Positions 63,979 to 64,000 of a stretch of DNA of 64,000 nucleotides are shown one piece after another. How positions within the stretch are numbered: position 1 is the first letter of the stretch; the number at the start of each line of letters is the position of its first letter. The translations under genes were made by a program, and so were the position numbers. The notes beneath the pieces are model-generated. The model searched no databases and was not told where the DNA came from. It was given only the letters and a program-made list of their open reading frames with translations. Origin of the DNA: Octopus sinensis (lineage: Eukaryota); NCBI RefSeq assembly GCF_006345805.1, contig NC_043001.1, positions 24,180,001-24,244,000 on the forward strand. The letters run 5' to 3'.

Positions 63979-64000
63979 AAGTCTGTTATACATATTGTTC

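Overview
AT-rich animal genomic DNA. It is most likely a coleoid cephalopod (Octopus-like), inferred from recalled SINE families and microsatellite load and not verified by any search. The window looks intronic or intergenic, and I recognise no intact host protein-coding gene; nearly all listed ORFs are microsatellite or SINE read-throughs. It is a mosaic of at least five SINE or SINE-like families (several with clear target-site duplications, TSDs), 3' fragments of RTE and CR1-type LINEs, decayed hAT and Tc1/mariner transposases, MITEs, non-autonomous Helitrons/Helentrons and long (TA)n/(CA)n/(ATT)n tracts. The most interesting signal is a dense set of about 20 minimal type I hammerhead-ribozyme-like motifs (YUGANRA-helix II-GAAA-short palindrome-UH) from several unrelated repeat families. 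These include recurrent non-canonical cores (U3/A8 compensated; U6). Many sit in 80-550 bp fold-back palindromes next to (TA)n, and a decayed Penelope-type GIY-YIG endonuclease lies in the same window. Together this suggests a diverse Penelope-like (PLE)/retrozyme-like ribozyme-bearing fold-back system. All structures were read by eye; none was computationally folded or tested.
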